64,000 nt of DNA, from contig NW_021833417.1 in assembly GCF_006345805.1 (NCBI RefSeq), positions 62,001 through 126,000 of the forward strand, read 5' to 3'. This document shows positions 62,134 to 64,000 of the stretch, piece after piece (the first letter of the stretch is position 1; every line of letters starts with the position of its first letter). The notes below the pieces were generated by a model that saw only the letters and a program-made list of their open reading frames with translations, was not told where the DNA came from and made no database searches. The translations under genes and the position numbers were made by a program. This DNA comes from Octopus sinensis. Its lineage: Eukaryota.

Positions 62134-63554
62134 ATAACGTGCAACACTTTTCACCTCGTTATTTAAATGTGAATCATATTTATTACCATAATTATCATCA
62201 GAATATAACTTTTTTATTAACGGAAATTAAACCCTTATGCTGAGTGAATTTTCAAGCAATTCTCGCGATTGATAACTAGGCAGATACGCTAGAAAAGCCA
62301 GCTAGTCTCTCTAGGCCTGCGAGTTCCTTCAAATGCTTTTATGGGCCTTCACTTCGAAAACTTGGCTGGTTTCAACAGCAATGAGCAAAAAGATTTAACG
62401 ATTTTCAGTATGCTGACTCAGAAGAGCAGGCAGAGTTAATCAAATTATATTTGTCGAAAAGTTCAACCTGGATGACATCTCAGACGAGGCATTTGCCCTC
62501 AGCCAATTTAAATATTTCGAAACGTAATTTTAAATGCAGTATTCATTTTTGACATTATTCAAAAATTAAAGATTATTCTATCTTTGATGCATTTTTCAGA
62601 GTTACCGCAGGTCCATTCGACAACACGCAATCAATAAAGTCATCTCACGTACTCAGAGTCGGCGGCATCACTTACTCAGCTGGAACCCATCGACTAAGAA
62701 AACAAAGATAGAAATTTTTTCTTATCAAGTTTTGTAAGATTTTAATTTTTAAAAAGACATGTTCCATTTTATTATTGAAATGAAAATCTTATATTAAAAT
62801 AAAAAATCATTAAAATTTACTTTCTGTTTAAATCATCAATGATTTATCCACTTAAGTTTTTGAAGGTTTAAATATGCTTGAAATTGATTATTTATCATTT
62901 TTGAGTTTTAATAAATTAACATTACGAACAAAATTAACAATATCAATGTATGAATCCCACTGATGAGACGGTAAATTTATTTGTAGATAGAGCTATCAAA
63001 CATAATAAAGTCTAGTAAAAGTAAGAAAATTCAGATGAGCACAAATTTGAACCAAGTACGTATTTCTTTCATATTTAACAGCCTTTTAATAGTTTTTTCT
63101 TTATGACTCTTTCCCGATGTAATGACTAGTTTTCTTGTTATAATAAATAAAAATTAGTTATTGGCCATATGTTATCAACTTATATTTTGTCTCAAGTATT
63201 ATGACAAATGCGACAAACATATCGTTTTTATTGAGTTAATTTATTAAAATTGCGTATTCACAAGTATAGTGACTGTTACCTCCAACAATATTTGGTAATT
63301 ATCATTATTCATTGATTATAAGAATCACATTAATTAGATTATTCATGTTTATTAATATCTTTGTATTTAAATATATTTGGCCTCGCAATAGTTTAGTTTT
63401 GTGCAATACTAGTTTAGAAAATTATGTATTAGTAAAATAATTCTATAGGTGCCAATAAATATAGATTTTTTTTCACAGCTGATAAGTATTCAATTTTGAT
63501 AATGGCATTAGTTGACGTTTATTTATAATTATTAATTTTTTGCTTATTTTAGAA

Positions 63555-64000
63555 ATGAAAATAACAATTTTCCTGGTTTTCTACTCAAGCATGGGATTCA
63601 AAAATTATTTATATTTTCAAATTCCTGAAGAATCTAAACCGGCAACATTCGTTGGAGCCATTTCCAGCCAATCTAACAAACAATCAGGAAACGTCATGAA
63701 ATTTTATAAACTGACAAATAATATTGAGAGCAGTTATTTTATTATAAACAAAACAACTGGAATTATTACAACAGCTTCAATCATTTTACGTGAAAGTATA
63801 ATTCGGTGCCGTGGACAAAAAAAATGTGTTGTAGAATTTAAAGCAAGTTCTATTTCAAAACAGGAGTTCAGAGTCTATGTGATACAAATCAATATATGTG
63901 ATGTTAATAACAATGCTCCAACTTTTTACCCAAATTACATTTCGCATGAAATTGAAGACTTAGTGAATGACGTTTTGATACAACTCCCTTCTCCTTATGA
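63555..64000 (+). CDS. Duplicate protocadherin-like gene, 5' part (truncated by the window)
   Basis: Matches 29900-30344. Confidence 0.75.
   Translation, partial: MKITIFLVFYSSMGFKNYLYFQIPEESKPATFVGAISSQSNKQSGNVMKFYKLTNNIESSYFIINKTTGIITTASIILRESIIRCRGQKKCVVEFKASSISKQEFRVYVIQINICDVNNNAPTFYPNYISHEIEDLVNDVLIQLPSPY

Larger units (their letters stand above)
58673..64000 (+). repeat. Direct duplicate of 25017-30344 (at least 5.3 kb; runs off the window end)
   Basis: Colinear match at offset about 33655 covering the hAT 3' half, the LRR gene, TIMM22 and the protocadherin 5' end; SNPs, small insertions, and many 1-nt deletions in the first 2 kb. Confidence 0.98.

Noticed and set aside
1-64000. Possible stop-codon reassignment, given the many short ORFs
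   Set aside because: In-frame stops are explained by micro-introns or TE decay; TAA, TAG and TGA all end conserved genes.
1-64000. tRNA, rRNA, snRNA, telomeric or spliced-leader arrays
   Set aside because: No recognisable motifs by eye; tRNAscan-SE and Infernal were not run, so small RNAs could be missed.

Overview
Animal nuclear DNA, AT-rich and gene-dense. About 15 single-copy genes are interleaved with many nested transposons. Nearly all genes are split by very small GT-AG introns: roughly 60-70 were traced by hand, mostly 21-31 nt, so the six-frame ORF track fragments or misses most genes. Recognisable genes: two LAMP-like paralogues, a tetraspanin, a lone posterior-type Hox gene, CIR1, ATP6V1H, an LRRC74-like LRR gene, TIMM22, a degenerate protocadherin, ABHD4/5, PSMB4, FDPS, CK1-gamma and ONECUT. 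Bilaterian gene content plus micro-introns suggests a dicyemid-type reduced parasite genome (inference only). Mobile DNA: Tc1 (including one intact DD35E copy), pogo, Buster/SPIN-type hAT, RTE, CRE-like and R4/Dong-like retroelements. The last 5.3 kb repeats 25017-30344. Strongest leads: (1) a TSD-bounded, Gag/ORF1-only retroelement; (2) a hidden 4-exon gene for a membrane-anchored Cys-rich, metallothionein-like protein; (3) a predicted secreted EGFR domain-III-only protein; (4) micro-introns in TIMM22 and ATP6V1H that appear to lack a usable AG acceptor. Scattered 1-nt deletions suggest long-read errors, so single-base conclusions need raw-read or RNA confirmation. All homology calls come from motif recognition, not database searches.
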